Source of the DNA: Fibrobacteria bacterium
GTDB taxonomy: Bacteria > Fibrobacterota > Fibrobacteria > UBA11236
Reading direction: 5' to 3'
NCBI GenBank assembly: GCA_043732185.1
Contig: JAYTHY010000060.1
Location: 1 to 33,841 of the forward strand
Length of the DNA: 33,841 bases
Shown here: piece by piece, positions 16,498-26,194 of the stretch
Numbering within the stretch: the first letter of the stretch is position 1
How the letters are laid out: each line of letters opens with the position of its first letter
Notes under the pieces: model-generated
Seen by the model: the letters and a program-made list of their open reading frames with translations, nothing else
The model's database searches: none
Told to the model about the DNA's origin: nothing
Position numbers and translations under genes: made by a program

Positions 16498-18276
16498 TTA
16501 AGGAAGAAAACGCACTTCCAAAATGCCGTTACCGAGCCCCTGAGGAACCCGCAAATCCGAAGCCTCGCCGACATGAGACCAAACCTGTTTCCCGTCGATA
16601 TTGAATATTTCCACCCGGGAATATCCCTTAGGGATTTCGAGAGGCATGCCCGCCTTGGCATTCACAACCAATTTGACATTCTTATGCTCCGCACGAAAAG
16701 CATTCCAATGCGTCTGCGTAGGCAAAACCTGGTCACGTGGCGTGGTTAGCGGAGTTAACATGTTATGGCTTAACATGAAAATATCATGCCAGTCAAACGC
16801 CCCACTACTGCTTGAGGACATGAGAATGGGATACAGGTTGCCGTAAGAATCCTCAGACCAGGTCGTAATCCCATCGTGAAGGCGATCCCCTCCCGATACG
16901 TATTTGTATGCCGCTGGAAACTGGCCCACGTCTATCGGGGTAGCGCCATCCGTTTTGACGGCAAGAAAATGATTATGGTTTATATCGGAAATAAACATGT
17001 AACCATAAAATGGGGAACTTGTTGCACCTCGAAATACTGGACTAATATTCCCTACGTTGGCACCAATGGCATATGAATTCGCCAAGCCGAAATTTCCGGT
17101 GGGACTGTGCCCAAAATACCAGGTGGGATTCTGGAATTTGGTACAGTCATAAACGCCGTTATAGGACGTTCCGGTAATGGTCCTGGTATATGGAACCATG
17201 TAGGAAGCAACCTCGCCTGTGACATTACTAGTAGCGGTGAAGGCGCCTCCCGCAACTGTGTTGCTCAAGGAATTTCCGACATTGCATGGGCCTTCAATGC
17301 CCAAACTATTTCCTTTAAAAACTGATGCATCTCCACCATTATTCCAACCGTAATTTTTACCAGGTAAAATATTGTTGATCTCTTCCCAAGTACCCTGTCC
17401 CGTTTCTGCGGCATATAGTTTTCCCGTCAGATAATTGTATGACATTGAATAGGAGTTCCTAAATCCAAAGGCATAGACTTCCTTTTTTACAAGGGGATTG
17501 GCGGCATTGTACCAAGGGTTATCGGTGGGAATGTGATACATTTTTCCTGCATCCTGTTTCGAGAAGTCGACACGTAATATTTTCCTGGCAAAAATGGTGC
17601 TGTCCCAGCTGCTTGCGTCGTAGGCATCGGTGCTGATGTACGCCAATCCATCCGACCCAAATATCATGTTGCTGGAACCATAGCCCGTTCCATGCAGTAT
17701 GCGGATCATTTCTGTATCCCGCGCAACGGTTTTAAAATCCGGGGACATTTTATAGCGATCAATAACGACTAGGGCCCCCGGGTTGCCTGGACCGTCATTG
17801 TTATTGGAAGGCTTGAGCCCACCTTTATACTGGGAAGGGTTCGGAAATTTGTTGTAAATGACATAGAAGTAGTGGTTGGCGGCGAAGTTCGGATCGAATG
17901 CACCACCCAACGCTCCAAATTCCCAGCCCTTCATGACCCAAGTGTTGAAATCGGCAACCTGCGTTCGGGTATATCGCTTTATAGGTCCCCATGAAGCTAT
18001 TGTGTCGGCCTTGGTTGTATCTGGATAGAGCGTCCACATATATCCAAAGTAGCCTACAACCAGAAAATGTTTAACTTTTCCTGGAACTTCATACATACCC
18101 ACTATACTCAACTGGTCCTTTTTGAAACTGAGCCCTGCTTTGGTGGTGTCGTAAATAGGCTTGGCAGTAACGCCCACAGGGAGAGATTGCGCATACGTAG
18201 CTACAATAGGCAAAAACAAACAAGAGCCCACTAACAAAATGTTTTTGATACTCAATTGCCGCTGTTGGTTTTTCAT
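16498..18276 (-). CDS. Secreted PQQ-dependent sugar dehydrogenase (GSDH) family protein with T9SS-like C-terminal domain
   Basis: Start reassigned to MKNQQ at 18276 (GGAG RBS, then signal peptide). Motifs GAFDPNF..NHYFYV.Y, FGSDGLAYIS, KILRVD, IPTDNP, EVYAFGFRN, EEIN.I.PGKNYGW. C-terminal VEIFNIDGKQVW...LGNGILEVRF. Confidence 0.85.
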   Translation of the reverse strand: MKNQQRQLSIKNILLVGSCLFLPIVATYAQSLPVGVTAKPIYDTTKAGLSFKKDQLSIVGMYEVPGKVKHFLVVGYFGYMWTLYPDTTKADTIASWGPIKRYTRTQVADFNTWVMKGWEFGALGGAFDPNFAANHYFYVIYNKFPNPSQYKGGLKPSNNNDGPGNPGALVVIDRYKMSPDFKTVARDTEMIRILHGTGYGSSNMIFGSDGLAYISTDAYDASSWDSTIFARKILRVDFSKQDAGKMYHIPTDNPWYNAANPLVKKEVYAFGFRNSYSMSYNYLTGKLYAAETGQGTWEEINNILPGKNYGWNNGGDASVFKGNSLGIEGPCNVGNSLSNTVAGGAFTATSNVTGEVASYMVPYTRTITGTSYNGVYDCTKFQNPTWYFGHSPTGNFGLANSYAIGANVGNISPVFRGATSSPFYGYMFISDINHNHFLAVKTDGATPIDVGQFPAAYKYVSGGDRLHDGITTWSEDSYGNLYPILMSSSSSGAFDWHDIFMLSHNMLTPLTTPRDQVLPTQTHWNAFRAEHKNVKLVVNAKAGMPLEIPKGYSRVEIFNIDGKQVWSHVGEASDLRVPQGLGNGILEVRFLP

Positions 18277-18519
18277 ACTTCTCTCCCGGATCTTTTTCGA
18301 ATTGGCTCGTGGTTTGGATAGGGTAGGGTAAATGCCTGATTTTAGCTGGCTAAATGCTCCCATCCCTGTGAACAATTTAATGTTTTGTGATTCTGTGATT
18401 CTTCGTTGTGGAACCATTCTGATTCCTAATAAGTCGACTCTTTGGCCAAAACAACAAGCCTTTTTAGAACTAGATTTTCTGGCGCGAGAAAACTGAAAAA
18501 TTCTTAATAAGGCGGCGGA

Positions 18520-19545
18520 ATGACGTTTGAATTTAATGGGTTCACAAGAATGTCTTTTGTCACGATGACTGGCTTTTTGCTCATAAACTGCGCCGGCCCC
18601 GCAAAGAATCGCATCAATTACGATGATTCCAAATTGACCCATGAGGAAAATTGTGATCTTTTCATCGCCAAACATAAGGAATATCAGGGCTCCAATCCGC
18701 CGGTTGGAAAGCTGCAGGTTTTTGACAAAGGCTATTCTTCGAATTGTTCGGAAGATCAAGTGGATGAGATCATCCGTTCAGAAGGGTGCAGATTAGGCGC
18801 CAAGGTCGCACAATTGAAAAACATTGTAGAGCCGTCTTATTTTGGGTCTACCTGTTTTCAAACTGAAGCGGAATTTTATGATGACGACCCCGCAAAATTT
18901 TCTCTGGATAAGAAACAGTATCTAGCGATTGACACTTTGAAGAATTCTGGATTTAGAATTGGTGCGTCAGTGGGTGCCGGGGCGCTTACTGGAGGCGATC
19001 AAACCAGGAATGGCGTGATTTGGATCAACCAAGCCAATAATGATACGGTTAAATCCGTGGTCGATCAGGCCGGCTTTGGGTTTTTTCTCGGCTATGGTAT
19101 CGGTGAACATTTTCTTCTAGACGCCGGCTATAGTGCTCGTTTTGTGACCAACCGACCTAAAGGAGGCAACAGCAAAAACAAGCTAAAGCTGTTCACAAAA
19201 AATTATCTGACTTTGGATCCTCAAGTCATTTTATTCCATAAGGATTTGCCCTTCGGAAGATTTGGAATACAATCCGGCGTGGAATTGAGGTATGTCTGGT
19301 TTCAATTGGATCCGGAATTCAAAACCTTTTTACGCGAACAAGTTCACATTACTCCTTATGAGACAACGGCATCCGGTTTTGGCTGGACGGGAAAGCTGGG
19401 AATGGAACTCCTGAGAAACAACGGTCTTTTTTCCAAAATCAACTTGGGTTATGGAAACGAATCCCCGTCTTTTGATGGCGCCAGGGCTTTAGACGCTTGG
19501 GATTTCGGTGTTGAATTTCAACTCGGTTATAAATTTAAGCACTAG
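18520..19545 (+). CDS. Lipoprotein with Cys-containing N-terminal domain fused to an outer-membrane beta-barrel
   Basis: Lipobox-like LLINC and a domain with four further Cys. Amphipathic strands from GFRIGASVGAG onward end in VEFQLGYKF, an OMP beta-signal-like terminus. Confidence 0.7.
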   Translation: MTFEFNGFTRMSFVTMTGFLLINCAGPAKNRINYDDSKLTHEENCDLFIAKHKEYQGSNPPVGKLQVFDKGYSSNCSEDQVDEIIRSEGCRLGAKVAQLKNIVEPSYFGSTCFQTEAEFYDDDPAKFSLDKKQYLAIDTLKNSGFRIGASVGAGALTGGDQTRNGVIWINQANNDTVKSVVDQAGFGFFLGYGIGEHFLLDAGYSARFVTNRPKGGNSKNKLKLFTKNYLTLDPQVILFHKDLPFGRFGIQSGVELRYVWFQLDPEFKTFLREQVHITPYETTASGFGWTGKLGMELLRNNGLFSKINLGYGNESPSFDGARALDAWDFGVEFQLGYKFKH

Positions 19546-19574
19546 CCGGCAGGCACCCGACTGCGAATCGCGTT

Positions 19575-20474
19575 TTACGGCGCAATCTTCCACTTGAAAT
19601 TTTTGCCAAGGATACAATTGCTGGTATTGAAACCGATCGAGCTCATCGGCTCTTCATAGATAAGTACATTGCGTAACGCTTCTGGAATATTTTGTACGCC
19701 GACTTCGTTGGAAACATAAGGCCGGTTTTCACGAAAGGGTGGATCATACCGATAGCTGAATTCTTTGCTTTGATCCATATAGAATTTGGCGGCTTCCCAT
19801 AATCCTTGTGGCGTACCGAAGTCGTACCAGGATGCGGACTGGCTATAATTGACTACACCGATGCGCTTCCCGTCCCGCAGGGCTGCGGTCCAGTAGGGTT
19901 TGATATCCTGCGCCCCCGGTTTTAAGTAGGCTAGAAAGGCGCGGTCATACACGGCAATACCTGAAAAAGTCAGGCGCGTGGTCTCAGCGCCTAAGGAGGC
20001 ATAGTTTTCAAAACCATGAATGCCAAGCAGTGTGCCGTTTCCATGTATGCTTAAGGTATTGTGAGTAGGCCTGAATATCCCAGCCAAGGTGGCTATGGCA
20101 CCGGACTCCACATGGTGCATAAAAAGATCGGCAAGGTCGATAGTATGGATAAGATCGCCATTGTGAACCAGAAACCGATTGGTGTTTTCTAGAATGTGCC
20201 GTGCATTCCAAAGGCAACCGCCTGTGCCTAAAATTTCCGGCTCGTACAGTATGTGCATGCCCAAGCGTTGGGCCGGTAGCGCCATTTTTTCCGGAAGGTG
20301 GTGGATGTTGCATAGGCTTTGGGAAGGCTGTAAAACCATGGCCGAGCGATAATTGATATCCAGCGCCGACTCGCCTAAAAAAGTCAACGCTGGCTTTGGA
20401 ATACGCTGCGTTAAGGGCCGCAATCGCTGGCCATAACCGGCGCAAAGGAAATAAGCGGAAAGAGTAGCGTTCAT
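19575..20474 (-). CDS. Sugar-phosphate nucleotidyltransferase (MurU-like)
   Basis: AGYGQRLRPLT..IPKP, EPEILGTGG, VHNGD, TFSGI and WYDFGTP. ATG at 20474 lies 1 nt after the namZ stop (the track's GTG at 20489 is less likely). Confidence 0.85.
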   Translation of the reverse strand: MNATLSAYFLCAGYGQRLRPLTQRIPKPALTFLGESALDINYRSAMVLQPSQSLCNIHHLPEKMALPAQRLGMHILYEPEILGTGGCLWNARHILENTNRFLVHNGDLIHTIDLADLFMHHVESGAIATLAGIFRPTHNTLSIHGNGTLLGIHGFENYASLGAETTRLTFSGIAVYDRAFLAYLKPGAQDIKPYWTAALRDGKRIGVVNYSQSASWYDFGTPQGLWEAAKFYMDQSKEFSYRYDPPFRENRPYVSNEVGVQNIPEALRNVLIYEEPMSSIGFNTSNCILGKNFKWKIAP

Positions 20475-20475
20475 G

Positions 20476-21576
20476 TTACGGAAACACATCCCCTACCGGT
20501 CCACCGATTAGAATTTCGATGGGCAGATGGCGGTGTTCATATTCATAAGGGGGCGGCTTCCACTGAAAACCGTCTGGATAGTCTTCGCGAATGGTTTTTA
20601 AGATGTCCACGGCGGTGCGATACGGTAAAAATTCGTTTCTGTCTAGCACGTGGATTTGCGCGCCCCCACAAAGCTGGCCGTGAAACTTATGAAAGGTGGG
20701 TTGAAAATACGCCTCGCGAAAATAAACGCCGGGAAGCCCCAATCGATTGAGCTTTCGCGTTAGATCCGAGGCATTGATAAACGCCGCCCCAAAGAGTTCA
20801 AAAGGCCGCGTGGTTCCGCGTCCTTCGGATACATTGGTAGCCTCCAACAGACACATCCCAGGATAGACCAGGGCTGTATCCACGGTGGGCATATTGGGCG
20901 AGGGCATGACCCAGGGCAATCCAGTCTCTTCGAAATAATCTGAGGGCTCCCAATTTTCTAAGCGCAAAACGGTCAATGCGCAATTCGGAAAAGCTTCGCG
21001 TCGAAACTGCTCCGCGAGTCCGCCAATGGTTTTGCCATGCCTAACAGGAATGGGGTGCAAGCCCACAAACGACCGATAATCGGGATTTAATAGCGGTCCC
21101 TCAACCTTGACTGAGGTTAATGGATTAGGCCGGTTCAATACCACCACGTGCACGCCTGCCTTTTCGCAAGCCCGCATGCACAAAAACAAAGTCCAAATAA
21201 AAGTATAGTAGCGCGCGCCCACGTCTTGCATGTCGACGAGCAGCACATCCAGGCCTTGCAGCATTTCCGGCGTGGGTTCGCGATGCTCACCGTACAAGCT
21301 GTAAACGGGAATCCCCCAGGTGGGATGCTGGAAATCCTGCCACTCGATCATATTGTCTTGGGTTTGCCCCAGATAACCGTGCTGCGGACCGAACAAGGCT
21401 TTTAGTTGAAAAAGATCGCCGTCATGGGACTTTAAAATGTCCGATGTGTGCACCAAATTTGATGAAACGGAGGCTGGGTGAAGCACGGCTCCAAGCCGGC
21501 AGTTTTTAAGCTCCTGGGGCCATATTTTTGCCAGGCGATCGATAGGGAGTGAAACTGGATTTTTTCTATTTTTCAT
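20476..21576 (-). CDS. namZ: DUF1343 / exo-beta-N-acetylmuramidase NamZ family protein
   Basis: LFGPQHG, VYSLYG..REPT, DMQDVGARYYTF, RPNP, PSPNMPT and SEGRGTTRPFE. Start is ATG 21576 or GTG 21621. No signal peptide is visible. Confidence 0.88.
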   Translation of the reverse strand: MKNRKNPVSLPIDRLAKIWPQELKNCRLGAVLHPASVSSNLVHTSDILKSHDGDLFQLKALFGPQHGYLGQTQDNMIEWQDFQHPTWGIPVYSLYGEHREPTPEMLQGLDVLLVDMQDVGARYYTFIWTLFLCMRACEKAGVHVVVLNRPNPLTSVKVEGPLLNPDYRSFVGLHPIPVRHGKTIGGLAEQFRREAFPNCALTVLRLENWEPSDYFEETGLPWVMPSPNMPTVDTALVYPGMCLLEATNVSEGRGTTRPFELFGAAFINASDLTRKLNRLGLPGVYFREAYFQPTFHKFHGQLCGGAQIHVLDRNEFLPYRTAVDILKTIREDYPDGFQWKPPPYEYEHRHLPIEILIGGPVGDVFP

Positions 21577-21700
21577 ACTACCTGAATGATGTACGAGGAA
21601 TGCATACTCAAAGTAATTCACCGAACCGCGTCAGGCAGCAAAAAAGACTCTCAAACAATGTGCCCCTGGAATAACTCTCCCAGGGAGAATCGAGGATAAA

Positions 21701-22207
21701 ATGGGCTCACTGAATAAAGCAACCCTGATCGGCAATTTGGGCAAGGATCCGGAAGTCCGGGCCATCCCATCCGGCGCCAAGGTCGCCAACTTTTCCATCG
21801 CCACCACGGAAAGCTATACCGGTAAAGATGGCCAGAAGGTGGATAAAACCGAATGGCACAATATCGTGATGTGGCGCGGGCTTGCGGAAGTTGCCGAAAA
21901 ATACCTGAAGAAAGGTTCGCAGGTGTATGTCGAAGGCCGTTTGCAAACCCGGTCCTGGGATGATCAAAATGGTCAGAAAAGGTATACCACCGAAATCATT
22001 GCTGACAATATGGTCATGCTCGGTCGTCCCACGGGCGGCGGTGGTGGCGGTGGTGCTCCACGCGACCATGACGAAAGCTTCTCTCGTTCCGAACAGCCCG
22101 CAATGAACCAGAGCCGGTCATCGGGTGGAAACAGTGGCGGCGGTGGAGGCGGATACAGCGCGCCCTCTTCATTACCTCCCCAAGCGGAAGACGACTTGCC
22201 CTTCTAA
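21701..22207 (+). CDS. ssb: Single-stranded DNA-binding protein
   Basis: [22 protein letters not shown] and [10 protein letters not shown], then a Gly-rich linker and C-terminal DDLPF. Confidence 0.98.
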   Translation: MGSLNKATLIGNLGKDPEVRAIPSGAKVANFSIATTESYTGKDGQKVDKTEWHNIVMWRGLAEVAEKYLKKGSQVYVEGRLQTRSWDDQNGQKRYTTEIIADNMVMLGRPTGGGGGGGAPRDHDESFSRSEQPAMNQSRSSGGNSGGGGGGYSAPSSLPPQAEDDLPF

Positions 22208-22238
22208 ACTGTGGCAGCTCGCATTTGAATGAAATCCA

Positions 22239-22266
22239 GGGGGTCCCAATCGGGATTCCCTTTTTT
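22239..22266 (+). terminator. Rho-independent terminator after ssb
   Basis: GGGGGTCCC-AATC-GGGATTCCC stem followed by TTTTTT. Confidence 0.8.
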
Positions 22267-22274
22267 ATGTCAAA

Positions 22275-23255
22275 ATGGTAAAATACCTGGGCATGGCACG
22301 TCCTTTTCCTCTTCCTGAATTGTCCATCATTCTCCCTTGCTTCAATGAGGAAGAGAATATTCCACTCATCTATGCTGGCCTTAAACAGGCTTGCTTGGGT
22401 GTCCGCTATGAATTTATTTTCGTGGATGATGGCAGTTCCGATCAAACTCCCGCGGCCATCCACCTGCTTATCGAACGTGATCCCGCCGTTCGCCTCCTTC
22501 GCTTTGTACGCAATGCCGGGCATCAGAATGCCTTGCGCGCCGGGTACCGGTCGGCTTGTGGCACATGGGTGCTCACCATGGACGCGGACTTGCAGCACCC
22601 CCCAGATGCCATTCCCAGCATGCTTCAGAAAGCGCGCGAAGGTTTTGATGTTGTTCAAATGGTTCGATCCGGATCTCAGCCTGGCCTCTTTAAAAACTTT
22701 TTTTCCCGGTCCTTTTACAAAGTGTTCAATTCTCTTTCCGATGTGCCGATTGTCGAACACGCTTCCGATTTCCGGATGATCAGCCGCTACGCCTGCGATA
22801 TACTCAACGCCCTGCCGGAGAGAAATCTTATCGTGCGCGCCATCCTGCCCTACTTAGGTTTCACTACCGCTGCGCTTCCCTATCACCTGGCAAACCGATT
22901 GCATGGAAAGGCCGGATTCAGTTTCCGAAAGTCGCTGAACATGGGTTCCCAGGCTTTTTTCAATTTCAGTGCTTTTCCATTAAAGCTGGCCATGCGACTT
23001 GGTTTTATCATTTCCGTTCTAGCATTTGGGTACGGCATTTTTAATGTGGCCGCCAACTTTTTCAACGGACACAATGTGCCCGGCTATACGGATCTCATCG
23101 CTTCAACTTTATTTTTAGGCGGGCTCATCCTCCTTTATCTGGGGATATTGGGGCGGTATATATTGGTCATTCTCGATCACCTCAAACATAGGCCCGAATA
23201 CCTACTTGCGGAAGAAAGCCGTTCCGAATCGGTGGCGCCTCCGCGCTTATCCTGA
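22275..23255 (+). CDS. GT2 polyprenyl-phosphate glycosyltransferase (GtrB/ArnC-like)
   Basis: PCFNEEEN, VDDGSSD, RNAGHQ.AL.AG, MDADLQHPP and SDFR, plus two C-terminal TM helices and RPEY. Alternative start at 22293. Confidence 0.9.
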   Translation: MVKYLGMARPFPLPELSIILPCFNEEENIPLIYAGLKQACLGVRYEFIFVDDGSSDQTPAAIHLLIERDPAVRLLRFVRNAGHQNALRAGYRSACGTWVLTMDADLQHPPDAIPSMLQKAREGFDVVQMVRSGSQPGLFKNFFSRSFYKVFNSLSDVPIVEHASDFRMISRYACDILNALPERNLIVRAILPYLGFTTAALPYHLANRLHGKAGFSFRKSLNMGSQAFFNFSAFPLKLAMRLGFIISVLAFGYGIFNVAANFFNGHNVPGYTDLIASTLFLGGLILLYLGILGRYILVILDHLKHRPEYLLAEESRSESVAPPRLS

Positions 23256-23275
23256 TCCGCTTTTTTAAACCGGGC

Positions 23276-25669
23276 ATGCGCGCCAAGGGTTCTCTATTTC
23301 GTCCCAGAAGGCTTTGGTCCTTCCTGACGATCTTGGCAAGTTTGGCAGGTTTGGCAATTTTAGGCTTGCTTCCGGTATTGCCTATCTTGATCAAAGGCAG
23401 CCCCGTCCTCAACAATGATATGTTATTGGCGTACTTCTGTTACTTCTGGGATTTTCATAAGAACTGGGCTTGGAGCCATCCACTGGTTTTTTGGAGCTCC
23501 AGCTTCCAATGTGGAATGCCCATGCATGCCTACTGGCAAAGCGGATATCTCTATCCCATCACTTGGCTTTTTTTTGGTCCCCTCTCGCCCCTTTACGGTA
23601 TTTACCTGTTTTATGCTTTTCATTTTTCCTTGGGTATATTCGGCTTTTTAAAACTCGGTCCCCACCTGCATTTGCATAAACCCGCAGCGTTGTGGGCGGG
23701 CATTTGTTTTTCGCTCTCCGGCACCATGCTGGCCCGGTACGAACACACCACTTTCTTATCCGGTTGGACCTGGATGCCCGTGGTTCTTGCTGCTTATTTT
23801 GAGCTTCGAGATCGTCCTCGACTGCGTTCGCTTTTTCTGTATTCTCTTGCCGTTGCCATGCAAGCTTTTGGTGGACACCCGCAAGCCTCCATTACCACCG
23901 CCATCCTCGTCGGCATTTTTACCCTAGTGGACTTGATTAAAGGTCCTTCCAAAAATTCCACTGTGATCGGATCGGTTACGAAAACGGTAACGGTAACGGA
24001 TGCGATACCTAAAAGCCGGCGGGCTTCTTGGATAATATGCGGACACGTGTTGGCCTTAGTTTATTGTTCCCCCATGCTTATTCCCTTCCTGAAACTTGTT
24101 GGTGAAACCAGCCGATTTGACGGTGTCGCTTTGAATGCTGGGCCAATGGCAGCGGATAATTCAGCAGCGTCAAAATTAGAAGACGGTGTTTTCGGATTCG
24201 AGAAATTTTCTACCGGTGGCATGCGTCCCTTGCACCTGCTGTCCTTGGTGGCTCCGAATATTCTCGGAAGCCCATCCAATGGGTCGTGGTGGGGCGGCGA
24301 AGTTTGGGGAGAAGTATTCGTTTACCTGGGAGGGCTTGGTTTATTTTTTTGTTTCTTTGCCTCATGGAAGCGGTCCAGTCGCAACTTGCGGATTCTCTGG
24401 TTGGTGGGCTTGCTCGGTTTGTGGATAGCTTTCGGCAAACACCTGGGCGCCAGCCAAATTCTGTACCATATACCGGTACTCAATAATTTCCGTAGGCCCG
24501 CTCGCTTCGTCATTCTTTTTGTGATGGCCATAGCGGCTTTATCTGGTTACGGATTGCAGTTTTGGCTGGCACGGCCAAAAGGCCGCAAGTGGATGGGCTG
24601 GTTCGGGGTGGGTTGTTTTTTGGTTGCCTGCGCCTTATTGATCCTTCCGTATTTTCCCGATCTATTGGCGAAAGGTTTAATAGTTGTAGGCCAATTCCAC
24701 CCACTGGATTCAAGCAAGGATTATGGAGAAAAAATTAGCCTCTTGCTCAACTCAGCTGGGTGGGATTTTGTTTTTCTAACAGTCTCGGCCCTAGCAATCT
24801 GGTTTGTCGCCCGCCGGCCAAGAGCCCGTCTTAGCCTTTTGTTCGTCGTTCTTTTGGGGGATTTGCTCCGTCTCCATTGGGATCATTTCTATTTGTTTCC
24901 CGCCGATTATTATCGCAAACCTCCAGAAACAGTTCGGTTTTTAGATAAGACTACGGAACCCTTTTGGCGTGTCTCCCACTATCTTGAGTATCCCGGATTG
25001 GAAATGTGGCAGATGCACAATAATCCGCTTGCCCATTTTGAACTTTTGGAAAGAGAAAAGTCGGCACTCAGTTTCGGTATCCACGCCATTTTTTCTTACC
25101 GGCATGTAGGCGCTCATCTTCCTCTAATTTGGAATTGGGAGCCGGGACTGACTGCCGCGGATAAATCTACCCGTTATCTCTTCAGCAATATTTCCCTTTC
25201 AACATTTTCCGGGGATTCTCTGCGCTTACTCGGAAATATTAAAGGCATGAACGCGTATGAGTTCAATAATTGGAAGCCTAGAATTGAACATCTGCCGGTT
25301 CCTGCAGAAAGAACCACCGCCGTGTGTTCGGACGGTTTTTCCGGATTTCGAAGTGTGTGCGTGAAAGAAATAGAAGATGGTCACATGGAAATTGAAGGCT
25401 CTTTTTTAGCCGGTGACACTGTGCTGATCAGAGAGCGGGCCTACACTGGCTGGCGATATAGAGTGGACAAAGGACCATGGAGTCCAGCCAAAACTTCACC
25501 ACATCATTTCCTGCTTTTGCCTATATCCAAAGCATCCAAGCAGGTAGAGGTGGATTTTTTCCCAGCTGATTTCTACGAACTGAGTGCCGCTTGTGGCCTG
25601 ATTTCTTTACTTATCCCCGCGATCGTCCTACTTTTTCGCCGACGAATCCACAACCGGCATACTGTCTGA
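23276..25669 (+). CDS. YfhO-like polytopic membrane protein (probable GT-C glycosyltransferase)
   Basis: W....QCGMP......GYLYP, GHPQ, YLG, FRRPARF and many TM helices. C-terminal E.AYTGW...VD periplasmic domain. Directly downstream of the GT2 gene. Confidence 0.75.
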   Translation: MRAKGSLFRPRRLWSFLTILASLAGLAILGLLPVLPILIKGSPVLNNDMLLAYFCYFWDFHKNWAWSHPLVFWSSSFQCGMPMHAYWQSGYLYPITWLFFGPLSPLYGIYLFYAFHFSLGIFGFLKLGPHLHLHKPAALWAGICFSLSGTMLARYEHTTFLSGWTWMPVVLAAYFELRDRPRLRSLFLYSLAVAMQAFGGHPQASITTAILVGIFTLVDLIKGPSKNSTVIGSVTKTVTVTDAIPKSRRASWIICGHVLALVYCSPMLIPFLKLVGETSRFDGVALNAGPMAADNSAASKLEDGVFGFEKFSTGGMRPLHLLSLVAPNILGSPSNGSWWGGEVWGEVFVYLGGLGLFFCFFASWKRSSRNLRILWLVGLLGLWIAFGKHLGASQILYHIPVLNNFRRPARFVILFVMAIAALSGYGLQFWLARPKGRKWMGWFGVGCFLVACALLILPYFPDLLAKGLIVVGQFHPLDSSKDYGEKISLLLNSAGWDFVFLTVSALAIWFVARRPRARLSLLFVVLLGDLLRLHWDHFYLFPADYYRKPPETVRFLDKTTEPFWRVSHYLEYPGLEMWQMHNNPLAHFELLEREKSALSFGIHAIFSYRHVGAHLPLIWNWEPGLTAADKSTRYLFSNISLSTFSGDSLRLLGNIKGMNAYEFNNWKPRIEHLPVPAERTTAVCSDGFSGFRSVCVKEIEDGHMEIEGSFLAGDTVLIRERAYTGWRYRVDKGPWSPAKTSPHHFLLLPISKASKQVEVDFFPADFYELSAACGLISLLIPAIVLLFRRRIHNRHTV

Positions 25670-26161
25670 TTTTAAAGAATCCGCTTTTGGTGCCACTGCC
25701 GTTGAATCTGTTTTTTTCGAAAGGGTAGAGTCCGCTTTATTTTGCTTGGTAACCATAATTGTGATCAGTTGAATTAAGGGAGGATCATACGGAATATGGT
25801 CCCCTTTGGCAAATTGCAATCCTAAAGTATGCTCTCCAACCGGCAAGTCGAGAATTGTTTCGCTTTCTCCGTTACCGTAATGAATATGTGTTTCATTTTT
25901 AGCAATCGGTGAACCTGGAGGAGATAAAGGTCCATCAATGATGATATGGAAATGGCCAGCACCTTCGCGAATACCCATAATGGCAGGCTCAACGATCAAA
26001 TTATCAGCCTTCATTTGGACTTTAAACGGACTTTCCACCTGGGCATGATTTTCGAGGTTGCTAAAATAAACCTTTTTATCCCCCATTTTATTACAACCAA
26101 TGAAAAGACCAAGAAGCAGACTGGATGCTGCCCATGCATATGTGGTTGGTTTAAGTTTCAT
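25628..26161 (-). CDS. DUF4399 domain lipoprotein
   Basis: Lipobox FIGC, VYFSNL, GHFHIIID, HIHYGNGESE and LPVGEHTLGLQFAKGDH. AGGAGG lies upstream. Start is ATG 26161 or TTG 26173. Confidence 0.85.
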   Translation of the reverse strand: MKLKPTTYAWAASSLLLGLFIGCNKMGDKKVYFSNLENHAQVESPFKVQMKADNLIVEPAIMGIREGAGHFHIIIDGPLSPPGSPIAKNETHIHYGNGESETILDLPVGEHTLGLQFAKGDHIPYDPPLIQLITIMVTKQNKADSTLSKKTDSTAVAPKADSLKSDSMPVVDSSAKK

Positions 26162-26194
26162 TGCTTTTTGCAATAGTCCTCCTTGAAATACCAA

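Noticed and set aside
18277..18759. N-terminal 161 aa of the 753-aa ORF 16498..18759
   Set aside because: It overlaps the opposite-strand gene starting at 18520. The RBS and signal peptide point to ATG 18276.
22030..22155. GGC/GGT trinucleotide runs in ssb
   Set aside because: Ordinary Gly-rich SSB linker.
22014..22760. 248-aa minus-strand ORF
   Set aside because: Antisense to ssb and GT2, both well supported, and it crosses the ssb terminator.
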